64,000 bases of DNA from Thermoanaerobaculia bacterium (GCA_963664405.1 OY761158.1:1920001-1984000); one strand, 5' to 3'. Shown: positions 10,152-19,231, counted from the stretch's first letter. Program-made: numbers and translations. The notes: generated by a model from the letters alone, not told the origin.

Positions 10152-10553
10152 CTAGCCCGTGAGCTCGGGGAGAGATAGAGTGAGTGTCAACTTATGTTGA
10201 TGGCTGCGAGAAAGCGCATCCCGTTGGCTGCGAGCGCAGTTTCCGGGATGGAGTGAGCTGAGGGCTTCGCGACCGCGGGAAAGCTAGGCCTTCTTCAGGA
10301 AGGGCGGCATCATCCCGCCGGAACGGCGGTCCGGGTGCGTGGTCCCGGCGGCGTGTTTGCGGTCGGAAGAGATGCGTGAGTCGGTGTAGGGCTTTGCAGT
10401 GCGGGCTCTGCTCTGATAGAGCAGGCCGACCAGAGACGGCGAGAGCCCGGGAAAGCGAAGTAGAAAACGCCCCGGGCTCTGCCCCAAACCGCAGCATTAG
10501 CTGCGCTTGCAGTATGGCAGAGAGTCGGGGTCGTCGTCGAATGGGAGGCGACG

Positions 10554-10949
10554 ATGCGACCGGACTACCGACTCTTCGACTGTGCTCGATGCCGTCGGCG
10601 TATCTCGCTGTGCTCGCACTGTGACCGTGGCCAGCGTTACTGCCGGGCTTGTGCTCTGGTGGCTCGTCGGGAATCGACTCGGGCGGCCGGCCATCGGTAC
10701 CAGCGAAGCCTCCGAGGTCGGCATTGTCATGCCGCCCGTCAGGCCCGCTACCGTCGGCGCCAGCGCGAGCGGGCAGAGAAAGTGACGCATCAGGGTACCC
10801 CAGGCGGTACTTCGGGGAGGACACTGTGTCGGATCGAGACTCCGAGGCGCGAAGTGCGCTACGACCCGAGGAATCCGCGATGCATGCAGTGTGGAGAGGC
10901 CTGCCGAGAGTTTGTGCGAACGAGCTTTCGTCGTTGCCGACGGAGATAG
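10554..10949 (+). CDS. IS21-associated Cys-rich, Arg-rich (putative zinc-binding) protein
   Basis: GGAGG RBS; CARC, CSHC, CRAC and CMQC motifs; ends 4 bp before istA. Confidence 0.7.
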   Translation: MRPDYRLFDCARCRRRISLCSHCDRGQRYCRACALVARRESTRAAGHRYQRSLRGRHCHAARQARYRRRQRERAEKVTHQGTPGGTSGRTLCRIETPRREVRYDPRNPRCMQCGEACREFVRTSFRRCRRR

Positions 10950-10953
10950 GGGC

Positions 10954-12462
10954 GTGATCGACGCACAGCTGCGCGGGGAGATCCGTCGTCTGTTCCTGGT
11001 CGAGAAGTGGAAAGTCGGCACGATCGCTCGACAGCTACAGCTGCACCCCTCAACCGTGCGCCGGGCGCTGGAGAAGTCCGGCGTGCTACCCCAGCAGCGA
11101 CGAGGGAGGATGATCGATCCTTACCTGCCGTTCATCGAGCAGGTGCTCGGGACCTACCCACGACTGCCGGCGAGCCGTCTCTACACCATGGTGGTGGAGC
11201 GCGGCTATCCAGGAGGCCCGGATCAGTTTCGCCACCTGGTGGCCTCGATGCGACCGAAGCCCCAGCGCGAGGCGTTTCTCTCGCTGCGCATGCTGCCAGG
11301 AGAGCAGGCGCAGGTCGACTGGGGCCACTTCGGTCGGCTCCGCGTCGGCCGGGCACATCGTCGGCTCTATGCCTTCGTCTTCGTGCTGTCGTTCTCGCGC
11401 ACGGTCTTCGTGCACTTCACCCTCGACACTCGTCTCGAAACCTTCTTGCACGCTCACCAGCTGGCCTTCCACTACGTCGACGGCGTCGTCAGGACCGTTC
11501 TGTACGACAACCTGCGAACCGCGGTGATCGAGCGGCAGGGAACCGCGGTGCGCTTCCATCCCGTGCTGCTCGATTTCGCCAGCCACTACGGCTTCCTTCC
11601 CACCGTCGCCGCGGTGGCTCGGGGAAATGAGAAAGGCCGCGTCGAGCGCGCAATCCGCTTCCTGCGAAGCTCGTTCTTCGGCGCCCGAACGGTGAGCGAT
11701 TTGGATCGTCTGAATCGGCAGGTCCTGGAATGGTGCCAGAGGTCGCAGCGCAGACCCTGGCCGCAGGACCGACAGCGAACCGTGAAAAGCGCCCTGGCCC
11801 AGGAACGACCTCGACTGCTTGAGCTTCCCGGAGACGACTTCGAAACCGACCTGCGACTGGAGATCAAGGTCAGAAAGACGCCGATCGTGCGCTTCGACCT
11901 CAACGACTACTCGGTGCCGCACAGTCATGTGCAGAGGACCGTCACGCTCCTCGCCAGCGAGCATCGGGTGCGGATCCTCGATGGCCAGGAGCTCCTCGCC
12001 GAGCACCCTCGCTCGTACTCCCGGGGCGAGCAGATCCTCGATCCTCAACACCTCGAGGAGCTCCTCGCTCACAAACGCAGGGCCCGACGACACCGGGGCT
12101 TCCATCGGCTGTTTTCCGCTGTGCCTCGATGCGAAGAGCTGATGCAGCAGCTCGCCGAGCGAGGCGAGAACCTCGGAACGCAGACCGCCGGCCTGCTCCG
12201 ACTCCTGCGCCAGTACGGCCCCCAGCGACTCGACAAAGCCGTGCGCGAAGCGCTCCTGAACCACGCACCGCGATTCCAGTCCGTCCGGCTCCTACTCGAA
12301 CGGCACCAGCGCGGCCTCGGTCAGCCCCCGGCTTTACCGGTGCCGCTCAGCCAGGAGCTCCAACAGCGAGATCTCTCCGTGAGACCGCACAACCTCGAGG
12401 ACTACGACCAACTTGGAGGCAACGACGATGGCCCGACCCAGGAAGAGTCCAACGATCCCTGA
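10954..12462 (+). CDS. istA: IS21 family DDE transposase
   Basis: N-terminal HTH, PGEQAQVDWG, LYDNLRTAV, KGRVERAI, VRFDLNDYSVP. Confidence 0.95.
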   Translation: MIDAQLRGEIRRLFLVEKWKVGTIARQLQLHPSTVRRALEKSGVLPQQRRGRMIDPYLPFIEQVLGTYPRLPASRLYTMVVERGYPGGPDQFRHLVASMRPKPQREAFLSLRMLPGEQAQVDWGHFGRLRVGRAHRRLYAFVFVLSFSRTVFVHFTLDTRLETFLHAHQLAFHYVDGVVRTVLYDNLRTAVIERQGTAVRFHPVLLDFASHYGFLPTVAAVARGNEKGRVERAIRFLRSSFFGARTVSDLDRLNRQVLEWCQRSQRRPWPQDRQRTVKSALAQERPRLLELPGDDFETDLRLEIKVRKTPIVRFDLNDYSVPHSHVQRTVTLLASEHRVRILDGQELLAEHPRSYSRGEQILDPQHLEELLAHKRRARRHRGFHRLFSAVPRCEELMQQLAERGENLGTQTAGLLRLLRQYGPQRLDKAVREALLNHAPRFQSVRLLLERHQRGLGQPPALPVPLSQELQQRDLSVRPHNLEDYDQLGGNDDGPTQEESNDP

Positions 12463-13222
12463 CGAACCACTACGAGAGCTCGCCCGATCCCTCGGCTTCT
12501 ACGCCCTCGTCGACGACTGGGGCACCTACCGAGAACAGCCCTGGCTCGAACAGCTGCTGCGCAAAGAAGAGGCCGAGCGCAAACGGCGCAGCCTCGAACG
12601 GCGCATCCGCACCAGCCGCGTCGGGCTCTTCAAGAGCATCGCCGACTTCGACTTCTCCTGGCCCCAGCGCATCGACCGCGAGCAGATCCAGGATCTGCTC
12701 ACCCTCCAATTCCTCGACGACATCACCAACGTCATCCTCCTCGGACCCAACGGTGTCGGCAAGACCATGATTGCCAAGAACCTCCTCTACCAGGCGCTGC
12801 AACGAGGGGCCACCGCCAGCTTCGTCACCGCCTCCGACATGCTCAACGATCTCGCCGTCCAGGAAACCCCCTCGGCGCTCCAGAGAAGGCTCTCCAAATA
12901 CACCCGACCCTCGCTTTTGGCAATCGATGAGCTCGGCTATCTCTCCTACGACCACCGCCACGCGGATCTCCTCTTCGAGGTCGTCTCCAGGAGATACGGC
13001 AACAAGCCCATTCTTCTCACCACCAACAAGCCCTTCGCCGAATGGGCCGAGGTCTTTCCCAACGCCTCCTGCGTCGTCACTCTCGTCGATCGACTCACCC
13101 ACCACGCCGAGATCGTCAAGATCGAGGCTAACTCCTATCGCCGCAAGGAGGCCAAGGAGGCTGCTGAAAAAAAGGCCAAGGACCGCGCCAAAAGGCGGAG
13201 CGCAGCACGACGACGCTCATGA
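12428..13222 (+). CDS. istB: IS21 AAA+ helper ATPase
   Basis: Walker A GPNGVGKT, Walker B LLAIDELGY, TTNKPFAEW, DRLTHH. Confidence 0.95.
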   Translation: MARPRKSPTIPDEPLRELARSLGFYALVDDWGTYREQPWLEQLLRKEEAERKRRSLERRIRTSRVGLFKSIADFDFSWPQRIDREQIQDLLTLQFLDDITNVILLGPNGVGKTMIAKNLLYQALQRGATASFVTASDMLNDLAVQETPSALQRRLSKYTRPSLLAIDELGYLSYDHRHADLLFEVVSRRYGNKPILLTTNKPFAEWAEVFPNASCVVTLVDRLTHHAEIVKIEANSYRRKEAKEAAEKKAKDRAKRRSAARRRS

Positions 13223-13575
13223 CCCGAAGCCACTATCGGCGCCAGCTCCTCCGCCTCTATCGACTCCTTCCCGACACCCCGCACCGCTTCCACCACGGCG
13301 ACCGCGTCATCGTCGACCAGCTCTTCGACCAAGACCTGCCTCTCACCGTCCTCCAGGCCGCCCTCCTCCTCGGCTCCGCCCGACGCGCATGCCGAGATCC
13401 GCGCCTACCAAAGCTCCAGCCCATCCGATCCCTCGCCTACTTTCTCCCCATCCTCCGAGAACTCCCCACGACGCCACCCCCCGAGGGGTACCTCGACTAT
13501 CTGCGCCACACCCTGAGTCACGCCTCGCGGGGACAAAAAACCGACTCGCAGCCAACTAAGTGCGCTTTCTCGTAG
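13219..13575 (+). CDS. IS21-associated small helical hypothetical protein
   Basis: ATGA overlap with the istB stop; ends inside IRR; motif PIRSLAYFLPILREL. Confidence 0.7.
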   Translation: MTRSHYRRQLLRLYRLLPDTPHRFHHGDRVIVDQLFDQDLPLTVLQAALLLGSARRACRDPRLPKLQPIRSLAYFLPILRELPTTPPPEGYLDYLRHTLSHASRGQKTDSQPTKCAFS

Positions 13576-13590
13576 CCGGTAACAACTTAC

Positions 13591-14208
13591 GTGACTCGCT
13601 CATCGAGTACAGAGATCAGTGGGGTGCTCGCGGCCATCCGCGCCGGCAACGAGGGTGCGGTGGATCGTCTGGTGCCCCTCGTCTACGACGAGCTGCGCAA
13701 GCTCGCCGGAACCTTCCTGGCCAACGAGCGTCCGGGACACACCCTCCAGCCCACGGCCCTCGTGCATGAGGCCTATCTGCGCCTCCTCGGCGACGGCCGG
13801 CCTCCGTGGAACGACAAAGCCCACTTCTTCCGAGCCGCGGGGCAGGCGATGCGCCGCATTCTCATCGAGCGAGCGAGAGCGCGGGCGCGCCACAAGCGCG
13901 GTGGCGACTGGCAGAGAGTTTCGCTCGACACAGCCATCGAAGGCGATCTTCCGCGGCCGGAGTCGCTCCTCGACCTCGATCGTGCTCTTTCGCGTCTGGC
14001 GAAAATCGACTCTTCCATGGCAGAAGTGGTCGAGTTGCGCTACTTCGCGGGACTGACAGTTGAGCAGATAGGGAACGCACTCGAGGTGTCGCCCCGCTCG
14101 GTACAGCGGCTGTGGACCGCAGCGCGTGCCTGGCTGCACGCCGAGCTCACACCCTCGGTGCGGCGCGACTCCGATGGCGCATCTCTCGCCGTTTCGTCGC
14201 TTGAGTAG
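13591..14208 (+). CDS. ECF sigma factor (TIGR02999/ECF43-like, kinase-associated), copy 1
   Basis: LVPLVYDELRKLA, HTLQPTALVHEAYLRL, AMRRILIERAR, VVELRYFAGLT, W..ARAWL. Confidence 0.93.
   Translation: MTRSSSTEISGVLAAIRAGNEGAVDRLVPLVYDELRKLAGTFLANERPGHTLQPTALVHEAYLRLLGDGRPPWNDKAHFFRAAGQAMRRILIERARARARHKRGGDWQRVSLDTAIEGDLPRPESLLDLDRALSRLAKIDSSMAEVVELRYFAGLTVEQIGNALEVSPRSVQRLWTAARAWLHAELTPSVRRDSDGASLAVSSLE
14175..14205 (+). promoter_or_regulatory. Putative ECF promoter TGGCG-N18-CGCTTGAG upstream of kinase 1
   Basis: Matches the bipartite motif found at five other sites. Confidence 0.55.
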
Positions 14209-14270
14209 ATAAAAGGGAGAGTGGTCACGGCGTAGCTAAGCCGGTCTCACCCACTCTCGACTCGACTCGA

Positions 14271-17200
14271 ATGACCGAGCCCATCGTCGACTGGCCACGG
14301 GTCTGGGAGCTCTTTCACCAGACTCTGGACCTGCCGCCGCAAGAGCGGCGATCTCTTGTCGAAGCGACTCGCGCCAGCGACCCGGGTCTGGCCACCGAGA
14401 TCGAGCGCCTGCTCGATAGCCACGAGACGAGTGGACTGCTCGATCAGCCTCTGCTGGTAGACGACGAGAGCGCGCCGGAGCCCGAAGCGGGTCTCGACCC
14501 AGGCCTGGTCCTCGCCGGCCGCTTCGAGGTCGTACGCGAGATCGCCAGGGGCGGCATCGGACGAGTCTACGAGGCCCGCGACCGCGAGCTCGACGCCCGC
14601 GTCGCGGTCAAGGTGCTGCGACCCTCGATCGCCGGCGACGCGAAATCGCGAGAACGCTTCCGCCGCGAAGTCCAGCTCGCCCGTCAGGTCACCCACCGAA
14701 ACGCCTGCCGGCTCTTCGACCTGGTGCATGACAAAGAGATCACTTTCCTGACCATGGAGTACCTCGATGGCGAGACGCTGGCGGATCGGCTACGCCAGCA
14801 CGGTCCGCTATCGACCCAAGAAGCGCTCTCGATCGCCAAGCAAGTAGCTGCAGCGCTCGATGCGGCTCATGCGGTCGGGGTCGTCCATCGTGACCTCAAA
14901 ACCGGCAACGTGATGTTGGTCGACGAAGCGGACGCAACACGGGCCGTGGTCACCGACTTCGGACTAGCAAAAGTATCTGGCGACCAGCTCGCACCGGCGC
15001 AGGCCGGCGGCGACCCCCACGGGCGCCTAACCGAGGCTGGGCAGGTGGTCGGCACTCCCGCCACCATGGCTCCAGAGCAGCTGGCAGGGGGCGAGATCAC
15101 ACCCGCCACCGACCTCTGGGCGTTCGGCATGCTGCTGCACGAGATTCGCACTGGGAGCCTGCCGGTGCGAACGACACCTGGTCCAGACGGAGGAGAGGGT
15201 ACGCCGCTGCCGTTGCAGGCTGAGCTGGATCGCCCCTGGCGAAATGCGATCGCGGCTTGCTTGGCGGCCGATCCCATCGATCGACCGCAGAGCGCCGGGC
15301 AAGTGCTCGCCATCCTTTCGGGCGAGGAGTTCGCATCGGGGAGAGCTCGCCCCGGCAAACGCTTCAGAGGTTTCCTTGCCACAGCGGCGGCGGCGGTTCT
15401 CCTGGCGACCCTCGGCGTCATGATCCAGAACAAAGTGCTGGCGCCGGGTCGCACGACCGACACGGCCCAGCAGGCTCTGTCTCTCGAACAGCCCGCCTTC
15501 GTCCTCATCGCCGACTTCGACAACAACACCGGCGAGGAGCTCTACGACGGGGCGATTGAAGCGGCACTGCGAGGCGAGCTCGACAGCTCGGGCTATGTGA
15601 ACGTCGCGACACCCTCTCTCGTTGCCGGAGCTCTGCGCCTGATGCGCCGCCCGCTCACAACGCCGATAGATCGCCGGGCAGCGCGGGAGATCTGCCTGCG
15701 CGACGGGGGCATCAAGGCATTTCTCATCGGTGACATTTCCCGGCAGGGCTCGGCCTTCGTCCTCAACGTCGACGTAGTCGAGCCGAACGAGGATGTCTCG
15801 ATCGCAAGTTTCACCGAAGAAGCCACCGAGGCAGAGCTCGAGACGGCGTTGGCCAGGCTATCCAGTCGTGTGAGCGAGGGCATAGGCGAGGAACTCGCCC
15901 AGATCCAGCTCAGCGACGCGAAACTGAGCCGAGTCACGACACCGTCGCTTCGCGCCCTCGGGCTCTACTCCGATGGAGACGCTGCCATGCGACGCGGGGC
16001 ACTCAACGCTGCTCAGCCCCTTCTTCGTGCCGCGATCGACGAGGACCCCGAGTTTGCATCGGCCTACAACCACCTCGCCTGGGCGCTCTTCAATGTGAAT
16101 GTGGGCGCTCACGCGGCTCTTACCACCCAGCTGACGCCCGAGACCCGCGGAGCCTGGGCCGAGACGATGGCCGAAGTGCAAACCTACTCCGATCGAGCTA
16201 TTGCGCTCGCACCTCTAGCAACCGAAGTCGAGCGCTACTTCATCCGCGGTAGCGATCTAAGTCGTCGAATTTCGGGCCTGGGCGCTGGAAGAAACGAGCT
16301 ATACAAAGAAGCAATAGGGCAATACGAAGCGACCCTCGAGCTGGAGCCCGACCACTTCTGGTCGGCCAGAAATCTAGGTGCTCTGGTCGGGGCTCCGATG
16401 ACCCAGGGCGGCTTTTCAGCCTGGACCTGGGGACCACAGGCATGGCGGCATGCGAGCCTCTACCCGAACGACCTAATTGCCAACATATCGGCCGCCAGCA
16501 GTTACGTGCAATTCGGATATCGTTCTCAAGCGCGTAAGCATGTGGCGCGGAGCCTCGAGCTCAGGCGAGAATCGCAATCCGGTCCAATCTTGGTGTGGGC
16601 CCGCTTCTTCTCGGTGCACGAAGCGTGGATGGCAGGTGACCTCGAACAGGTTCGCGCCGAATTGGAGCGCCTCGAGGGCGGTCGAGTGCCACCCGGCAGC
16701 GGGGACATGAAGCGCGACTATTTTGCTAACTGGTACCGAGCTCTGGGAGTGCAATGGAACGACTCGCGTTGGACCTCCGAGCTACTCCCGACCTCTCTCC
16801 GTTGGAGCCGAGGTACGGCTGCCTACTACAGGGGTGACCTGGACGATCTTCAGCTCGCCTTCGACGCCAGCTTCCTGGACTACTCTGGTATGAGTCTCGT
16901 CCTCGAGCCGGTAAGGATCTGCTACCTGGCACAGATCGGGCTGGTATGGGAGGCTCGACAGGCGCTGACGGAGCTTCAAGCGATCGAACACCTGTCCGGG
17001 GATCTGCCACACGGCTTCCCTATGCCGCCGCTCGGGCCCGTGCTCGAGGTCGTGGAGGGGCGGGTGCTGGCTGCTGAGGGAAAGGGAGGGCGGGCAATCT
17101 CGCTACTCGAGAATGCTCTCCCGCGTTTGCTCCAAAACAGCGGCACTTTGCGGGGCTATGGCGGTGCAGTTCCGAGTTACTTCGAGGGGGCGATGGGGCT

Positions 17201-17483
17201 CGCCGAGTCGTTGCGAGCCGAGGGGAGACTCGTAGAGGCTGTTCGCGCCCTGGAGAATGCCAGCGACCTCAGATTCCAGACCTATCCCCTCAGCGCCCCC
17301 GCTTGGATGTTTACCCAGACCGCGCTGGTCCGCGCCTACCGTCAGATGGGGTGGAAGGCGGAGGCCGCGACAGCCGAAGCCCAGCTTCGCGACCTCCTCC
17401 GCCTTGCGGAGCCGGACTTCGTCCTACTGCGCGAATTGGACGATCGCGAAGCCGAGAGCCTCCTCATCCCCAGCTTCGACTAA
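14271..17483 (+). CDS. Membrane Ser/Thr (Hanks) kinase with TolB_N-like and TPR extracytoplasmic region, copy 1
   Basis: ARGGIGRVY, VAVK, HRDLKTGN, DFGLA, GTPATMAPE, one TM helix, then IADFDNNTG and TPR-like repeats. Confidence 0.93.
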   Translation: MTEPIVDWPRVWELFHQTLDLPPQERRSLVEATRASDPGLATEIERLLDSHETSGLLDQPLLVDDESAPEPEAGLDPGLVLAGRFEVVREIARGGIGRVYEARDRELDARVAVKVLRPSIAGDAKSRERFRREVQLARQVTHRNACRLFDLVHDKEITFLTMEYLDGETLADRLRQHGPLSTQEALSIAKQVAAALDAAHAVGVVHRDLKTGNVMLVDEADATRAVVTDFGLAKVSGDQLAPAQAGGDPHGRLTEAGQVVGTPATMAPEQLAGGEITPATDLWAFGMLLHEIRTGSLPVRTTPGPDGGEGTPLPLQAELDRPWRNAIAACLAADPIDRPQSAGQVLAILSGEEFASGRARPGKRFRGFLATAAAAVLLATLGVMIQNKVLAPGRTTDTAQQALSLEQPAFVLIADFDNNTGEELYDGAIEAALRGELDSSGYVNVATPSLVAGALRLMRRPLTTPIDRRAAREICLRDGGIKAFLIGDISRQGSAFVLNVDVVEPNEDVSIASFTEEATEAELETALARLSSRVSEGIGEELAQIQLSDAKLSRVTTPSLRALGLYSDGDAAMRRGALNAAQPLLRAAIDEDPEFASAYNHLAWALFNVNVGAHAALTTQLTPETRGAWAETMAEVQTYSDRAIALAPLATEVERYFIRGSDLSRRISGLGAGRNELYKEAIGQYEATLELEPDHFWSARNLGALVGAPMTQGGFSAWTWGPQAWRHASLYPNDLIANISAASSYVQFGYRSQARKHVARSLELRRESQSGPILVWARFFSVHEAWMAGDLEQVRAELERLEGGRVPPGSGDMKRDYFANWYRALGVQWNDSRWTSELLPTSLRWSRGTAAYYRGDLDDLQLAFDASFLDYSGMSLVLEPVRICYLAQIGLVWEARQALTELQAIEHLSGDLPHGFPMPPLGPVLEVVEGRVLAAEGKGGRAISLLENALPRLLQNSGTLRGYGGAVPSYFEGAMGLAESLRAEGRLVEAVRALENASDLRFQTYPLSAPAWMFTQTALVRAYRQMGWKAEAATAEAQLRDLLRLAEPDFVLLRELDDREAESLLIPSFD

Positions 17484-17494
17484 GGGATGGCGGC

Positions 17495-18349
17495 TTAGGG
17501 CGTGCAAACGCCGTCGTTGTCACAGAGCACCCGCTTCACCCTGAGCTGAACGGGCATGTTGTACTCGCCCAGTTCCACCCCTTGCTTGCGAACGCTGACG
17601 ATACAGGCGTCAAAACAAGTCAGCGTCAGATCGTCGTCGCCGATTTCGGTGTCGGTGACAATCAAAGGCGAGAAGAAGGTCAGTGTCGTGACGATCTGCT
17701 GCCACTCGATCGCGGACTTCTTGCCTTTCTGATTCAGCGACGGGATCATGACCTCGAGCGTGGCCGGCCCGGCTGAGACCCCTTGCGGCAAGTCAAAGAT
17801 GCCTGTGCCGACGCGCAAGAGCGCTTCCACGTTGTCGACGCACGGATCCGGATTGGGCATGGGGACATAACCCACGACCTCGTCAGGGACCGATCCGTAG
17901 AACTCTGTGTCCAAATAGAGGCACGGACCACCTTCCAGGGGTCTGCTGAAGTCGAGCGTGAAGTGGCGGTTGTCTCCTGGTGGCAACCCATCGTTGAGGT
18001 TGGTAGAGCCGTCGTGGGTCTCAAACCAAAGCCCGTCCGGCCCGGTCAGACCGACAAAGACGTTTCCTCCCGGAGTACATTCGGGATCCCCTCCGTCAAG
18101 GGTCGTCCAGTAGTCGAAGAGGCCGTCACAAAGGGAGAGGGCCAGACCATCGCCTCTGATACCGGCTGAGGATCCATCGACCATGTCGCTGAAGACAGCG
18201 CGCTGAAATGCGGTCGACGAATTCCCCCCGCCGCCACGACCCTTTCCGCCTTTGGCGGCCGAAGCCGGCGTGACCGGCGCGAGTATCAGAACGGCCAGTC
18301 CCATTCCGCTGACAACCGCAAAGAGTCTGTTCTTTGCACATCGAGACAT
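17495..18349 (-). CDS. Secreted Cys-containing hypothetical protein, convergent on kinase 1
   Basis: GGAGG RBS, signal peptide ending ASA-A, Gly/Lys linker; blocks shared with 56001-56954. Confidence 0.75.
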   Translation of the reverse strand: MSRCAKNRLFAVVSGMGLAVLILAPVTPASAAKGGKGRGGGGNSSTAFQRAVFSDMVDGSSAGIRGDGLALSLCDGLFDYWTTLDGGDPECTPGGNVFVGLTGPDGLWFETHDGSTNLNDGLPPGDNRHFTLDFSRPLEGGPCLYLDTEFYGSVPDEVVGYVPMPNPDPCVDNVEALLRVGTGIFDLPQGVSAGPATLEVMIPSLNQKGKKSAIEWQQIVTTLTFFSPLIVTDTEIGDDDLTLTCFDACIVSVRKQGVELGEYNMPVQLRVKRVLCDNDGVCTP

Positions 18350-18402
18350 TAGGAACCTCCCTGTCGTCAGGAGGCCGGCGCACAGTCGTCGGTCTCCTTA
18401 TA

Positions 18403-18433
18403 CTAAGGCGACGTTTCTTCTGCTACCGTGCCA
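18403..18433 (-). promoter_or_regulatory. Putative ECF promoter TGGCA-N18-CGCCTTAG
   Basis: About 55-60 bp upstream of the 18349 start; shared motif. Confidence 0.6.
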
Positions 18434-18476
18434 GCTCGATCACACGGCCCGCATGCCGGCCTGCGATCGAAGCGCG

Positions 18477-18574
18477 TCAAGCGAACCGGCTCTCGAGATA
18501 GCGCACGATGTCTTTCGACTCGTAGAGCCACTCGACCGCGCCATCTTCGCCCTCGATACGAAGGCACGGGACCT
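18477..18574 (-). repeat. Displaced duplicate of the glutaredoxin gene 3' end (98 bp)
   Basis: Direct repeat of 19256-19353; encodes VPCLRIEGEDGAVEWLYESKDIVRYLESRFA*. Confidence 0.9.
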
Positions 18575-18678
18575 AGGCATCCCCGCCGGCAAATACTCGG
18601 CTGGCACCTTTTGGTGGATGCACCTTTAGTGGATCTCGGCTTGGATACATAAGGCACACGTTGTGCTAGAATCGGAAC

Positions 18679-18951
18679 GTGAAGTACTTCTCGTGGGATC
18701 CTGAGAAGAACGAATGGTTGAAAGTGCACAGAGGCATCTCGTTCGAAGAGATCATCTTCCACATCCAGCGAGGGGACGTACTCGATCTCTTAGAGCATCA
18801 CAATCAGCAACGCTACCCTGGCCAACGCGTCATGGTAGTTCGCGTAGGTGACTACGCTTATCTAGTACCACTAGAGGAAGACGACAACGAAGTAGTTCTC
18901 AAGACCGTGATTCCGAGCCGGAAGGCCACGAGGGACTACCTCAGGAGCTGA
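18679..18951 (+). CDS. BrnT-like type II toxin
   Basis: FSWDPEKNEWLKVHRGISFEEI..KTVIPSRKATRDY, 90 aa, toxin-first order. Confidence 0.8.
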   Translation: MKYFSWDPEKNEWLKVHRGISFEEIIFHIQRGDVLDLLEHHNQQRYPGQRVMVVRVGDYAYLVPLEEDDNEVVLKTVIPSRKATRDYLRS

Positions 18952-18955
18952 GAGA

Positions 18956-19231
18956 ATGGGCAATCGAGACAAGGAAGAAGCTGAGCTACTCGACTCTTTT
19001 GAGCGCGGAGAGTGGAAGGCCGTCCGCGACAAGGAGCGCGAGATTGCTCGGTATCAAGGCTACGCAGAAGCGACCTTTCGCAAGGACCAGCGCGTCAACA
19101 TCCGGATTTCCGGTAAGGACCTGGATGCGCTCAAGACACGAGCGCTCGAGGAGGGCCTTCCCTACCAGACGCTCATCTCCAGCGTCCTTCACAAGTACGT
19201 GTCAGGGCGCCTCAAGGAGCGGACCACCTAG
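18956..19231 (+). CDS. CopG/RHH (BrnA-like) antitoxin
   Basis: KDQRVNIRIS..EEGLPYQTLISSVLHKYV. Confidence 0.85.
   Translation: MGNRDKEEAELLDSFERGEWKAVRDKEREIARYQGYAEATFRKDQRVNIRISGKDLDALKTRALEEGLPYQTLISSVLHKYVSGRLKERTT

Larger units (their letters stand above)
10195..13584 (+). mobile_element. Complete IS21-family element (3390 bp) carrying four ORFs
   Basis: IRL TGTTGATGGCTGCGAGAAAGCGCA..GTTGGCTGCGAG; IRR (reverse complement) TGTTACCGGCTACGAGAAAGCGCA..GTTGGCTGCGAG; 5-bp TSD ACTTA at 10190-10194 and 13585-13589; contains istA and istB. Confidence 0.95.

Noticed and set aside
18418-18433. Sigma-54 promoter (TGGCACG on the minus strand)
   Set aside because: There is no TTGC -12 element at the required spacing; the site fits the N18-CGC motif instead.
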